From: a virus
Taxonomy: Duplodnaviria; Caudoviricetes
Direction: 5' to 3' (one strand)
IMG/VR virus record: IMGVR_UViG_3300020471_000006
Span: 138,520 to 202,519 of that record
DNA length: 64,000 nt
Positions 1-9,656 of this stretch are shown here, in pieces. Below the pieces are notes generated by a model. It was given only the letters and a program-made list of their open reading frames with translations, did no database searches and was not told the DNA's origin. The position numbers and the translations under genes were made by a program. Position 1 is the stretch's first letter. Each line of letters begins with the position of its first letter.

Positions 1-522
1 GGTCCAGGATTAAGCGACTTCTGTGCATGTGGTGGTTGTCATGGTCATCAGTGTTGTCACTGGATTGATTCCTACTTTGCTTGTAGAACCAGAATAACAG
101 ATACTGGTAAATCTTGTTCTAGAAGTCAAAGCGAACACTATACAATTAATAGTAGTGATTGCATGGATCAGTGTGAAAAGTATGGTAAGTGGTATTGGAA
201 CGGTCTTACTCCTTATATTCATTATGATTGCAACCCTGGTTGTGGTAACTATTGCATGAAGAAAGACTACCATCCATATCCTGCTATGTACGGTGCTCGT
301 TATGGAGTTGTTAATGGTTACAGAAAGCATACTATGGCAACTTGTGGTAGAACTGAAACACTATGGTTGACAGGTAACAACGGTGGACTCTCAGGAGACT
401 GCTGGAGAAACGGTCCTCCTGGTTCTGGTGGTGTATCTGCTCAGGTGTTTGGTGGTGGTTGCTGCTGTTCTTCTGAGGGTGCTCATGGACTCGTAAGAAT
501 CACTCTATACTGTAAAACATAA
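1..522 (+). CDS. Cys/Gly-rich fibre-like protein, paralog 1 (5' truncated by window edge)
   Basis: Frame is open from base 1 (GPGLSDFCACGGCHGHQCCHW...) through the track ORF 163-522. Its C-terminus GPPGSGG...GGGCCC...GLVRIT matches the next two ORFs. Confidence 0.7.
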   Translation, partial: GPGLSDFCACGGCHGHQCCHWIDSYFACRTRITDTGKSCSRSQSEHYTINSSDCMDQCEKYGKWYWNGLTPYIHYDCNPGCGNYCMKKDYHPYPAMYGARYGVVNGYRKHTMATCGRTETLWLTGNNGGLSGDCWRNGPPGSGGVSAQVFGGGCCCSSEGAHGLVRITLYCKT

Positions 523-532
523 GGAAAGGCAA

Positions 533-1471
533 ATGAATTTACGAGAACTATTAGGAAGAGAATTTGCTTCGACAATACAAGAAACAGTTGCAGCAAATAC
601 TGCACTAGAAAGGAACCACGAAGGTAGAGTATTCTTATTCCATCCTTATTGTAACGAAGGTAACTGTGAAAGTAGTTACAGAGGTTACTGTCTTCAGTAT
701 TGGTGTGTTCCTTGTGGTACTACTCAAGCAACTTTCGAGTTGTGGGGTGGAGGCGGTTCAGGCGGTGGTGCTTGCTGCTGTCAACAAGGTATGCCTGGTG
801 GTGCTGGAGGATACGTAAGAAAGACTCTTGAGTATCCACAGATACAAGGTGGTTGGTGTTATTCACTCTGTGTTGCATCACCTAACTGCTGCTCAAGATG
901 CTGCTGTGGTATTAGAGGATGTAAAACATGGGTTAGTGGTTGTAACTTAAACAACCTCTGTGCTGATGGTGGACTTCCTGGTAAGACATGTTGCTGGGCT
1001 TTCTGGAACTCAACATATAGATGCCAAGATAAAGTTTCTTGGGGTGGATGTGGAGGATGGAGACTTCACGAAGATGGAGCATGCTCCTACGGTGGAGATG
1101 AGATGATTAAGGGAAGACCTGGTGCTTTCATCACTCACTGTAATGATAATAACTGTTGGACAAAAGGATTGATGCCTTATCCTGCTGGTCTTATCAATCA
1201 AAAAGGTGGATGGTTAACACAAAACTATCAAGGTAATGCATGTATACATCAATACATGTATTGCTCAGGTACGACTCCTTGGGCGTACAACATTAACTGT
1301 AACGGTGGTCCAGGACTTCCTGGAACTGGTGCTCCTTCTGCTACTGCGTGTGGTGGTGGATGCTGTTACGGATGGCGTGGTGGCGGTGGATTCATTAGAA
1401 TCACATACTGCTCATGCTGGTTACAGACAAGTTCACAGAACGAAGACTGTGCTTGGTACTACTTTAACTAA
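533..1471 (+). CDS. Cys/Gly-rich fibre-like protein, paralog 2
   Basis: FELWGGGGSGGG...GGAGGY glycine-rich motif typical of phage fibre/adhesin domains; about 34 Cys in 312 aa by hand count. Confidence 0.7.
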   Translation: MNLRELLGREFASTIQETVAANTALERNHEGRVFLFHPYCNEGNCESSYRGYCLQYWCVPCGTTQATFELWGGGGSGGGACCCQQGMPGGAGGYVRKTLEYPQIQGGWCYSLCVASPNCCSRCCCGIRGCKTWVSGCNLNNLCADGGLPGKTCCWAFWNSTYRCQDKVSWGGCGGWRLHEDGACSYGGDEMIKGRPGAFITHCNDNNCWTKGLMPYPAGLINQKGGWLTQNYQGNACIHQYMYCSGTTPWAYNINCNGGPGLPGTGAPSATACGGGCCYGWRGGGGFIRITYCSCWLQTSSQNEDCAWYYFN

Positions 1472-1494
1472 ATAAGAGGACAGAGGCACTATAG

Positions 1495-2400
1495 ATGGCT
1501 AATACAAATTTACGAGATCTATTAGGATTCGTTACATCAGATTCATTGGAGGGACTATCAGCACCCGATGCTACCACAAAACTAGCAAGACTACCGTCTG
1601 CTGGTTATTGTGTACAGTATATTCACGGTGCTTGTGGTTCAACTTGTAGTGAACATTCCACCAATTACAACTACTATAGGTATCCACTCTGGTGTATTCC
1701 TACTGGAGTCTGTGATGTTATCTTCGAAATCTGGGGTGCTGGAGGCGGTGGAGGATCATCCTGCTGCTGTTCTAGGGGCATGCCTTCTGGTTCTGGTGCA
1801 TATGCGTGGAAACGTATTACAGGTGCTGCGTCATCTCTTCAAGGATGTTCATATGATATTCATGTAGGTAGACCTGGTTGTGGTAGAACTGGATCACAGT
1901 GTGGTAATCAAGGTGGTACTAGTTACATCACTGGTTATGGTTTGAGTAACTTCTGTGCTAGAGGTGGACATGGAGGATGCTCATGCTGCTTCCTATGCTG
2001 CTGCACATGGAATGCTCAATCAATGGGTAGTTGCCCTTATGGTTGCTGTGCAACTTATCACGGTGCAGACGGTGGAGCATACGGTGTTCCTGGTGCTGCT
2101 TACGTATTCTGTTACAATAACCATTGCTGGAACAAACAACACGTTCCTTATCCTGCTGGATTAGTTAATGGTAAAGGTGGTTGGATGACTGCTGTTACTT
2201 GTGAAAACAGTGGATGTGGACATTGCATGCTACATTGGGCATCTGCTCAGTTAGGATGGGGTGGATCATTCTCTGATCACAACTATGTACCTGGTGTTGG
2301 TGGACCTTCTGGTTGGACTTGCAGTGGTGGTTGTTGTCGTGGAGAGAACGGTACTGCTGGTATGATCCGTATCAACTTCAAGTACGACGAAAACTTGTAA
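1495..2400 (+). CDS. Cys/Gly-rich fibre-like protein, paralog 3
   Basis: FEIWGAGGGGGSSCCC..GMPSGSGAY and PYPAGLVNGKGGW are shared with paralog 2; about 29 Cys in 301 aa by hand count. Confidence 0.7.
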   Translation: MANTNLRDLLGFVTSDSLEGLSAPDATTKLARLPSAGYCVQYIHGACGSTCSEHSTNYNYYRYPLWCIPTGVCDVIFEIWGAGGGGGSSCCCSRGMPSGSGAYAWKRITGAASSLQGCSYDIHVGRPGCGRTGSQCGNQGGTSYITGYGLSNFCARGGHGGCSCCFLCCCTWNAQSMGSCPYGCCATYHGADGGAYGVPGAAYVFCYNNHCWNKQHVPYPAGLVNGKGGWMTAVTCENSGCGHCMLHWASAQLGWGGSFSDHNYVPGVGGPSGWTCSGGCCRGENGTAGMIRINFKYDENL

Positions 2401-2404
2401 ATAA

Positions 2405-2412
2405 TATAAATA
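2405..2412 (+). promoter_or_regulatory. T4-type late promoter TATAAATA
   Basis: Exact TATAAATA 24 nt upstream of ORF 2437. Confidence 0.7.
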
Positions 2413-2436
2413 GGAAAGTATAGGTAATCAAAGGTT

Positions 2437-3291
2437 ATGGCTTTTACAAAAACATTCACATATAAAGTACCAGATGATTATTTGGCACAAACTGATTCTT
2501 TAGGAAAGACTGCTGAATGGACATATGATGGTCCAAGATGGTTGTTCGTTTTCGTTGATAAGGAAACTAACAAATGGATTCCTTCACAGTCATGTATCGG
2601 ATTGAATAGAGAGCCAACATCTGGTGACATCGAGCATGCAAATGTACGTGCTGGTATAGATGAAATCGCAGTCCAGATTGACATGGCTTCTCCTACTGAC
2701 GAAGAAGCAATCATTGGTTCTATCCTCTTCCCTAAAGATACTGGTAAAGCATCTGGTTATCCACAAAAGGATTACAAGATTTCTGGAGACGATACAGTAT
2801 ATTACTCACGTCCAGAACCAATCTCTCCTGACCATGCCTATGCAGCTGATGAGATCGAGTATGATCCAGCAGCAGGTGCTTGGAAGTCTCCTCTTCCTTG
2901 GTTCAAGCCTTGGATTTCAATGGAACAGCATAAAGCAGCAAGAGATACTCTAGTTGCAGATGCTCAAGCAAACCTAGACGCAGAAGCAACTGAGAATGGT
3001 GGTCAGGGTAACCTTACTGACCAGCAAAGAGCTGCTCTTACAGCATTTATTGGCGAATTAAACGGTATCTATACAAAGTTCCCTGCTGCTGATGGTTGGG
3101 GACCACACATGATTCCATTCCCTGATGATCCTCGTACTCCTTGGATTGATGGATATGACTATCGTGTTACAGACTACGAAGAGTTGATTGATGCTGCAAC
3201 AGGATTAACTAAGTCTTCTGATGTTCCTGCTGCTGATGTTGTTGAAGATGTACAACAACAAACACTTAGAGACGGCACAAAAGCTGATTAA
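2437..3291 (+). CDS. Putative tail fibre assembly chaperone-like protein
   Basis: C-terminal half (W..HKAARDTLVADA...QRAALTAFIGEL...FP..P) resembles phage tail assembly chaperone helices; lies directly after the fibre-like genes. Confidence 0.4.
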   Translation: MAFTKTFTYKVPDDYLAQTDSLGKTAEWTYDGPRWLFVFVDKETNKWIPSQSCIGLNREPTSGDIEHANVRAGIDEIAVQIDMASPTDEEAIIGSILFPKDTGKASGYPQKDYKISGDDTVYYSRPEPISPDHAYAADEIEYDPAAGAWKSPLPWFKPWISMEQHKAARDTLVADAQANLDAEATENGGQGNLTDQQRAALTAFIGELNGIYTKFPAADGWGPHMIPFPDDPRTPWIDGYDYRVTDYEELIDAATGLTKSSDVPAADVVEDVQQQTLRDGTKAD

Positions 3292-3310
3292 AAAGTTCGA
3301 GATGGATCGG

Positions 3311-3338
3311 AAGGACGGAGTAAAATCCGTCCTTTTTT
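3311..3338 (+). terminator. Rho-independent terminator
   Basis: AAGGACGGA-gtaaaa-TCCGTCCTT stem-loop followed by a T tract. Confidence 0.85.
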
Positions 3339-3343
3339 ATGCG

Positions 3344-3351
3344 TATAAATA
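3344..3351 (+). promoter_or_regulatory. Late promoter TATAAATA driving the modification island
   Basis: Exact motif just after the terminator, 48 nt upstream of ORF 3400. Confidence 0.7.
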
Positions 3352-3399
3352 GTAGCGAAGTTGAATAAATCCTTCTATATCATTCTATATTAAAATATT

Positions 3400-4581
3400 A
3401 TGAGACCCAAATCGTTTTTTATTAACGGTGGAGCTGGACGTGTACTATGCTCTATCCCTGCATTTGAAAAATATGCGGAAGACCATCCAGACGAAGACTT
3501 TGTAATAGTCTGCGAAGGTGGTACAGATTTCTATAAAGGTCATCCTATTCTACACAGGAAATGCTACGATCACTGGCATAAAGATCTTTTCGAAGACAAG
3601 ATTAAACACACAGATATAGTTACACCAGAACCATATAGAATCTGGCATTACTATAATCAAAAATGCAATCTCTCTCAAGCATTTGACATTGAGATTAATG
3701 GTTTAAAAGAACCAAGAGAACTTCCTGCACCAACAATCAAACTTTCCAGAGAAGAAGAAACAACTGGAATATTTGTTGTAGAAGAGGTTCGTCAAAGAAC
3801 TAAGAAAAAGAAAACCGTAGTCTTCCAACCTTTTGGTAGAGGAGTTCAGACTGCTGGTAATATTATTATGGATACTTCTGGTAGAAGTTTCGAGTTTAAT
3901 AATGTTGTTAGTATCATTAAGAAGTTGCAGAAAAAATATTCTGTTATTCTTCTATCAGAATTAACAATTGATTTTGAGAAAGAAGGGATGACTGATACTG
4001 TATCTCATCCTGTCAACAGACCATTGAGAGAACTTGCTGGTGCTATTAAAGCAGCAGATTTATTCATTGGATGTGATTCTGTTGGGCAACATATTGCTAA
4101 AGCATTTGGTAAACCAGCAGTTGTAGTTGTTGGGTCTACATTCAAAGAAAATATCAGTTACCCAGATGACAAGAAGTTTAGTGTTCTTGATATGGGTGAA
4201 GGTATGAGAGTATACGATCCTATTCGTATTACTATTGATGAGTATACTAACAGAGTCAATGATCGTATTATGGCGATGAATGATAAGGTTGAAGCTGTTA
4301 TCATGCAAGAGGTTGATAAACTGATGAAGAAGTATTATAAAGCTTCTGATAAAGTTATCAGACTTCCTGATGAGATGCAGCAGCAAGTAGATTATACTTT
4401 ACAGATGGAAGAGGACATGAAGAAGCAAATGGCTTCTGGAAAACAACCAACTGTTCCAACAGGTATGATGAAACAATCCAACAATCCAAATTTGATTCCA
4501 GCATTGATGGCAGATACTAAAGACATTAAACCACTAAGCAAAGTTCCTTCTGGATTTGCTGACTTAGCGAAAGGTAAATAA
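3400..4581 (+). CDS. GT9-family (ADP-heptose) glycosyltransferase-like protein
   Basis: GGAGRVLCSIPAF at the N-terminus and ELAGAIKAADLFIGCDSVGQHIAKAFGKPAVVVVG, matching the GT9 nucleotide-sugar-binding motif. Confidence 0.75.
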   Translation: MRPKSFFINGGAGRVLCSIPAFEKYAEDHPDEDFVIVCEGGTDFYKGHPILHRKCYDHWHKDLFEDKIKHTDIVTPEPYRIWHYYNQKCNLSQAFDIEINGLKEPRELPAPTIKLSREEETTGIFVVEEVRQRTKKKKTVVFQPFGRGVQTAGNIIMDTSGRSFEFNNVVSIIKKLQKKYSVILLSELTIDFEKEGMTDTVSHPVNRPLRELAGAIKAADLFIGCDSVGQHIAKAFGKPAVVVVGSTFKENISYPDDKKFSVLDMGEGMRVYDPIRITIDEYTNRVNDRIMAMNDKVEAVIMQEVDKLMKKYYKASDKVIRLPDEMQQQVDYTLQMEEDMKKQMASGKQPTVPTGMMKQSNNPNLIPALMADTKDIKPLSKVPSGFADLAKGK

Positions 4582-4582
4582 T

Positions 4583-6283
4583 ATGATTATTTTATGTGTT
4601 GCACGTGGTCACAACGGTAGTACCACACTAATGGTAGACGGTGAGATAGTCTTCTATCTCGAAGAAGAGAGGCTTAGTAGATTTAAGTATGATGGATCTC
4701 CTATGCTAGGTATACTTAAAGCATTTGAGTATGTTGATCATATTGATCATCTAGTTGTATGTCATACACATAGATCTGGTCCTAATTTAGATTGGACTGG
4801 TGAGCATATGTATGAGGGATTTGTAAGAAAGATTGCTAGAAAGAAATGGGAATTTGAAACAACTTATATTGATTTGAATCACCATGAGATGCATGCTGCA
4901 TGCGGTTTCTATAATTCTGGATTTGAATCTGCTGCATGTGTTATTGCAGATGGTGCTGGAAGTTTCTTAAATATGCAAGAAGTTCCAGATACTTTGTATG
5001 AATTTGAAACCATCTTCCATGCAGAGTATCCAGAAGAGTTTGAATCTGTATGGAAACATATCGGAACTAAAGCTGCTATTGGTTTCCATGAACCAGAACC
5101 TAATACATTCATTACTGAGTATCCTGGTCATACTAAAATGTATGAAGCAGTAACACAGTACTGTGGATTCCCTGCTATTGAAGCAGGTAAACTTATGGGT
5201 CTTGCACCATATGGTAAACCTAATGATGAACTACCATCATTCTTTAATGGAGAATGGGGTAATAGAGATTTGATTGTTCCAACATATCCTAATGCTGCTA
5301 CTATTAATGAAAGTAGATTCCAAATACTTAAAGATGATCGTAAACAGCATCAACAAGGTGAAGGTGAAAGAATAGATCATACAGATGTACAGAAGGATAT
5401 GGCATATAAGATTCAGGAAGAAACTTCTGAACGTATGTGTCAATTGATTGAGAAAGCAGTTGAGTTAACTGGTGAAAAGAACATTGTAGTCTGTGGTGGT
5501 TATGGTCTCAACTGTGTAGCAAACTATAAGTACTGGGATCGTTTCCCTGATCTAAACATCTATTGTGAACCTATCTCACATGATGGTGGTACATCTATCG
5601 GTGGAGCACTTTATAAGTTACATCAACTTACTGATAATGAAGAACCTAGAAAGCAAGCATCTGTTTATTATGGTCCTCAGTATGATCCTACTACTTATGA
5701 AGATGCTATTGCTGGACGTGATGTAACAGATACTGATTATGATTCAGTTGCTGCACTCATTCGTGGAGGTAATATTGTTACTATCTTCCAAGGAAGATCA
5801 GAAGGTGGTCCTCGTGCTTTAGGTAATAGATCTATTCTCTTTGATCCTACTGTTAAAGATGGTAAGGATATTGTTAATGGTGTTAAGCACAGAGAATGGT
5901 TCAGACCATTTGCATGTTCTATTAAGAAGGAACACGTTCATGAGTGGTTTGATTTGAAAGGAAGAGATGAAACACCACACATGATGTATGCTGTAGAGTG
6001 TCTTGAAGGTGTTGAGGAGAAGATTCCGTCAGTAATTCATGTTGATGGAACTTGTCGTATACAAACTGTAACTGAGGAACAAAATGAACATTACTATAAA
6101 CTCATTAATGCTTTCCATAAAATTACAGATGTACCTATACTCTTTAACACTAGTTTCAATCTTGGAGGCGAACCTCTTGTTGAAACTATCCATGATGCGT
6201 TAGAGACATTAGATAATAGTGAGATCGAGTACATGTATCTCCCAGAAATTCAAAAGCTAGTTAAGGTTCCTAACCGTGACTGA
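4583..6283 (+). CDS. O-carbamoyltransferase, CmcH/NodU/TobZ family (copy 1)
   Basis: EEERLSRFK, HHEMHAACGFY, GKLMGLAPYG, GGYGLNCVAN, GPRALGNRSIL, KHREWFRPFA, HVDGTCRIQTV, NTSFNLGGEP. Confidence 0.92.
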   Translation: MIILCVARGHNGSTTLMVDGEIVFYLEEERLSRFKYDGSPMLGILKAFEYVDHIDHLVVCHTHRSGPNLDWTGEHMYEGFVRKIARKKWEFETTYIDLNHHEMHAACGFYNSGFESAACVIADGAGSFLNMQEVPDTLYEFETIFHAEYPEEFESVWKHIGTKAAIGFHEPEPNTFITEYPGHTKMYEAVTQYCGFPAIEAGKLMGLAPYGKPNDELPSFFNGEWGNRDLIVPTYPNAATINESRFQILKDDRKQHQQGEGERIDHTDVQKDMAYKIQEETSERMCQLIEKAVELTGEKNIVVCGGYGLNCVANYKYWDRFPDLNIYCEPISHDGGTSIGGALYKLHQLTDNEEPRKQASVYYGPQYDPTTYEDAIAGRDVTDTDYDSVAALIRGGNIVTIFQGRSEGGPRALGNRSILFDPTVKDGKDIVNGVKHREWFRPFACSIKKEHVHEWFDLKGRDETPHMMYAVECLEGVEEKIPSVIHVDGTCRIQTVTEEQNEHYYKLINAFHKITDVPILFNTSFNLGGEPLVETIHDALETLDNSEIEYMYLPEIQKLVKVPNRD

Positions 6284-6917
6284 TCATTTTGAAGATATCT
6301 TAGTTATTGATGATGTAATCAGTCCAAGATATCAGGAGCATCTTAGACAATCCGTTATGGATTCTAAGTTCCCATGGTACTTCAATCGTGATATAACAGC
6401 ACCTTTGTGGTATTGGGAACAGAATAAACTTAATGATTCTAAATTAGAAGTTGAGGATGCTCTATTTACTGGGTTTATGCACATCCTTTGGGGGAGAGAG
6501 GGTAAGGAATCTGAGTCGTATGATATCTTCGTTCCTCTCTTGTACTCGATGGAAGAAAAGATCAATATGACTATCAAGGATCTTGTTCAATTAAGATTGG
6601 GTCTCTTTACATTGAACAAGAACAAACACCCTCATCATGTTCCACATGTTGATTATCAGGGTGATGGGTTGAAGTACACAGCAATCTATTACCTGAATGA
6701 TAGTGATGGAGATACACATTTCTTTAATGAATTTTTAGATCCTAGTATCAAAAGGTTCATTAATGGGTATGACCCCAGTCTCTTTACCGTTGCTAAAACT
6801 GTTAAACCTAAATCAGGTAGATTAGTTTTATTTGATGGTCGAAGATATCATGCCTCTCGCTATCCAGAGAGCACAACAGAACGTATTGTATTGAATATAA
6901 ATTTTAACCCTGTTTAA
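6276..6917 (+). CDS. 2OG-Fe(II) oxygenase
   Basis: PHVD...TAIYYLNDSDGDT...LVLFDGRRYHAS...R; HxD...H facial triad. Confidence 0.85.
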   Translation: MTDHFEDILVIDDVISPRYQEHLRQSVMDSKFPWYFNRDITAPLWYWEQNKLNDSKLEVEDALFTGFMHILWGREGKESESYDIFVPLLYSMEEKINMTIKDLVQLRLGLFTLNKNKHPHHVPHVDYQGDGLKYTAIYYLNDSDGDTHFFNEFLDPSIKRFINGYDPSLFTVAKTVKPKSGRLVLFDGRRYHASRYPESTTERIVLNINFNPV

Positions 6918-6919
6918 TT

Positions 6920-8629
6920 ATGTGGATACTTGGTGTTAATAGATCTCATGATGCTGCTATTTGTCTCATGAAAGACAATGATGTAGTGCTGTCCATACAG
7001 GAAGAGAGATTAACACATGTCAAATATGACAGAGAAGTATTCAATGCTCTGGATAAAGTAGCTGAAATTACTAAAGAAATTGACTTATGTGCTTATACAC
7101 ATTTGTACAATACTAAATGTGATTTTGGACCTTACTTTAAATACATTAAACGTATAGGGATTAAAGTCAAGAGGTATGTAGAAGCAAAGGATTATCACCA
7201 TTCTCTACATGCCTCTTGTGCGTACTATAATTCAGGATTTGATAAAGCAGGTATACTTGTAATAGATGGTGCTGGTGCTGACCATGAGTGGGGTAAGGAG
7301 AATGAAAGTATATTCTATTTTGATCAAAATCCCAATGCAGTAACATGCCTAAGTCAAAAGATTATTGGGTATTCAAATCAAAAGGTTGAAGGAGCACCAC
7401 CATTTGTACATCCTACAAAAAATATTGGTGCTGGATTTGTTTACTCTGGTATCACAGAATATCTGGGATGGGATAGTTTAGAGTGTGGTAAAACTATGGG
7501 TCTTTCATCATATGGAGAACCCAATGATAGAATAAAACAAATGATATCTGAGGATGGTGGAAATGAAAATATATTTACCTTAACAGATTTCAATGAACAT
7601 AAGAATGTGAATACTGTTGTTCGTCCTTATGATTACATAGCATATTCTAAGGATGAAGATGATAAGTTCCAAAGACATGCAGATCTAGCATATAGATTAC
7701 AAAAAGATTTTGAAGAGTATGTGTATCAAAGAATTATGGATACACATAGATTAAGTGGATGTAATGATATCATCTTTACTGGTGGATGTGCTTTGAATTG
7801 TGTTGGTAACTATAGAATACTACAAAGATTACCAGAACATATTAATCTATATGTTGAACCTATGTCTAGTGACTGTGGTACTGCTATGGGAGCAGCATAT
7901 ATTACTTACGCAAGGGAATGCCCTAAGCAGTATAGACGTAAAAGAATAAGACCATTATCACATCTTTATTTTGGTCAACCTATTAAGTATGATTATGAAT
8001 TAAAAGATAATGAATTTAAGGTATGTGAGGTTACACCTCAGAGGGTTGCTGAACTTATTAGTGACGGTAATGTAGTTGCTATCTGTCAAGGTAGATCTGA
8101 GAATGGTCCTCGTGCTTTAGGTAATCGTTCTATACTATATGATCCCCGTGCTGTAGACGGGAAAGATATTGTTAATAAAGTAAAGAAGAGAGAACATTGG
8201 AGACCGTTTGCTGGCACAGTACTTGCTGATCATGCACATGAATGGTTTGATATGGATAGGTTGCATGAATCACCACATATGATGTATGCTGTAAATGTAC
8301 TAAAATCAATGATAGAGAAGATACCATGTATCACTCATGTCGATGGTACATGTAGAATTCAAACTCTAACAAAAGATCAGAATCCAAACTACTATAAATT
8401 AATAGAGGCATTCTATGAATTAACAGGTGTGCCGATATTATTCAACACATCTTTTAATTTGGCTGGTGATACTATAGTGGAAACTATAGATGATGCTTTA
8501 CTTACTATGAGAGAAAGTGAAATCTGTTATCTTTACTTACCTGAGAAAGCAGAACTACTATTCATACCTGATGCATCAGAACCATCTATCAAAAGATTAT
8601 CATACAAAGATTGTAATTCACTACTATGA
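6920..8629 (+). CDS. O-carbamoyltransferase, CmcH/NodU/TobZ family (copy 2)
   Basis: HDAAICL, QEERLT, HHSLHASCAYY, GKTMGLSSYG, GGCALNCVGN, GPRALGNRSIL, KKREHWRPFAG, NTSFNLAG. Confidence 0.92.
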   Translation: MWILGVNRSHDAAICLMKDNDVVLSIQEERLTHVKYDREVFNALDKVAEITKEIDLCAYTHLYNTKCDFGPYFKYIKRIGIKVKRYVEAKDYHHSLHASCAYYNSGFDKAGILVIDGAGADHEWGKENESIFYFDQNPNAVTCLSQKIIGYSNQKVEGAPPFVHPTKNIGAGFVYSGITEYLGWDSLECGKTMGLSSYGEPNDRIKQMISEDGGNENIFTLTDFNEHKNVNTVVRPYDYIAYSKDEDDKFQRHADLAYRLQKDFEEYVYQRIMDTHRLSGCNDIIFTGGCALNCVGNYRILQRLPEHINLYVEPMSSDCGTAMGAAYITYARECPKQYRRKRIRPLSHLYFGQPIKYDYELKDNEFKVCEVTPQRVAELISDGNVVAICQGRSENGPRALGNRSILYDPRAVDGKDIVNKVKKREHWRPFAGTVLADHAHEWFDMDRLHESPHMMYAVNVLKSMIEKIPCITHVDGTCRIQTLTKDQNPNYYKLIEAFYELTGVPILFNTSFNLAGDTIVETIDDALLTMRESEICYLYLPEKAELLFIPDASEPSIKRLSYKDCNSLL

Positions 8630-9264
8630 ACTTAACAGATTTAATATTCGAGAAAAAAGACTTCCTTCCTAAAGATGATTGTGAGTCATGGATTGATTGG
8701 TTTTGGTTGAACCAACAATATCATGATAAGGGGGATTCTGGAAATGAACAAAAACATAAGAAAGCTATACAAGTAGATCCTATTGTTGGTGGAGATTTCT
8801 GGTGTCAAATTGCTATAGAAACTGATAGAGCTATCAATGCAATGTATGAATGGGGTGCAAAAGATAAACTTCTTTGGAGAGCACCTTTAGTTTCTTATGA
8901 TCATTCTATGAGATGCTACCCAAAAAAAGATGGGTGGTTTAAAGATCATATTGATCTATCTCCAACAGATCCATTACTATTGTCAAGAGTATATGCTATG
9001 ATAATATATCTTGATGATGTTGAAGAAGGTGGTGAAACAGAGTTTTCATTTTTAGATTATAAAGTTAAACCAGAACAAGGAAAACTTTTAATGTTCCCTT
9101 GTAATCAGATGTATCCATATAGAGAAAACAAACCAATGAGTGGTCCAAAGCATATTGTCACTGCTTTCTTTTGTTCTGATCTACCTGCTCCACATTATGT
9201 AAATAGTCAGCATCCTAATCAACAACATCATAACTTATATTCAAAACACATGGGAATCAAATGA
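8626..9264 (+). CDS. 2OG-Fe(II) oxygenase (prolyl-hydroxylase-like), distal His apparently replaced by Tyr
   Basis: FKDHID, MIIYLDDVEEGGETEF, LLMFPCNQMYPYRE (usually YPHxG). Confidence 0.75.
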   Translation: MNLTDLIFEKKDFLPKDDCESWIDWFWLNQQYHDKGDSGNEQKHKKAIQVDPIVGGDFWCQIAIETDRAINAMYEWGAKDKLLWRAPLVSYDHSMRCYPKKDGWFKDHIDLSPTDPLLLSRVYAMIIYLDDVEEGGETEFSFLDYKVKPEQGKLLMFPCNQMYPYRENKPMSGPKHIVTAFFCSDLPAPHYVNSQHPNQQHHNLYSKHMGIK

Positions 9265-9656
9265 TTATTTGGGTTAATGGTTGCTTTGATGTTCTCCATA
9301 GAGGACATTTCGAATTGCTAAATTATGCTAGGTCTTTAGGATCTATGCTTATAGTGGGTATCGATACTGACCGAAAGGTCAGAGCAGACAAAGGACCAGA
9401 TAGACCCATCTATCCATTAGAGGATAGGAAGTATCAATTAAGTTCTTTGAAAGCAGTGGACGTAATCCATACGTTTGATTCAAGACAAGAGCTTGAAGAA
9501 TTGATAAAAATCATAAACCCTGATATACTAGTGGTAGGTTCTGATTGGAAAAACGGAGACGTAGTAGGACGTGAGTATGCAAAGAGAGTTGAGTTCTTCG
9601 ATAGGATCGGAGAATATTCCACAACAAAAACAATACAAGGTCATCGTTATAGGTGA
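9261..9656 (+). CDS. Heptose-1-phosphate adenylyltransferase (HldE/RfaE domain II, cytidyltransferase fold)
   Basis: NGCFDVLHRGH, GIDTDRKVR..KGPDRP, VGSDW, STT. Confidence 0.85.
   Translation: MIIWVNGCFDVLHRGHFELLNYARSLGSMLIVGIDTDRKVRADKGPDRPIYPLEDRKYQLSSLKAVDVIHTFDSRQELEELIKIINPDILVVGSDWKNGDVVGREYAKRVEFFDRIGEYSTTKTIQGHRYR

Noticed and set aside
1-2400. Cys-rich ORFs as RiPP (lanthipeptide/prochlorosin-like) precursors for the downstream enzymes
   Set aside because: About 300 aa long, no Nif11-type leader or double-Gly cleavage architecture, and no LanM/YcaO/radical SAM gene; the glycine-rich fibre motif explains them better.
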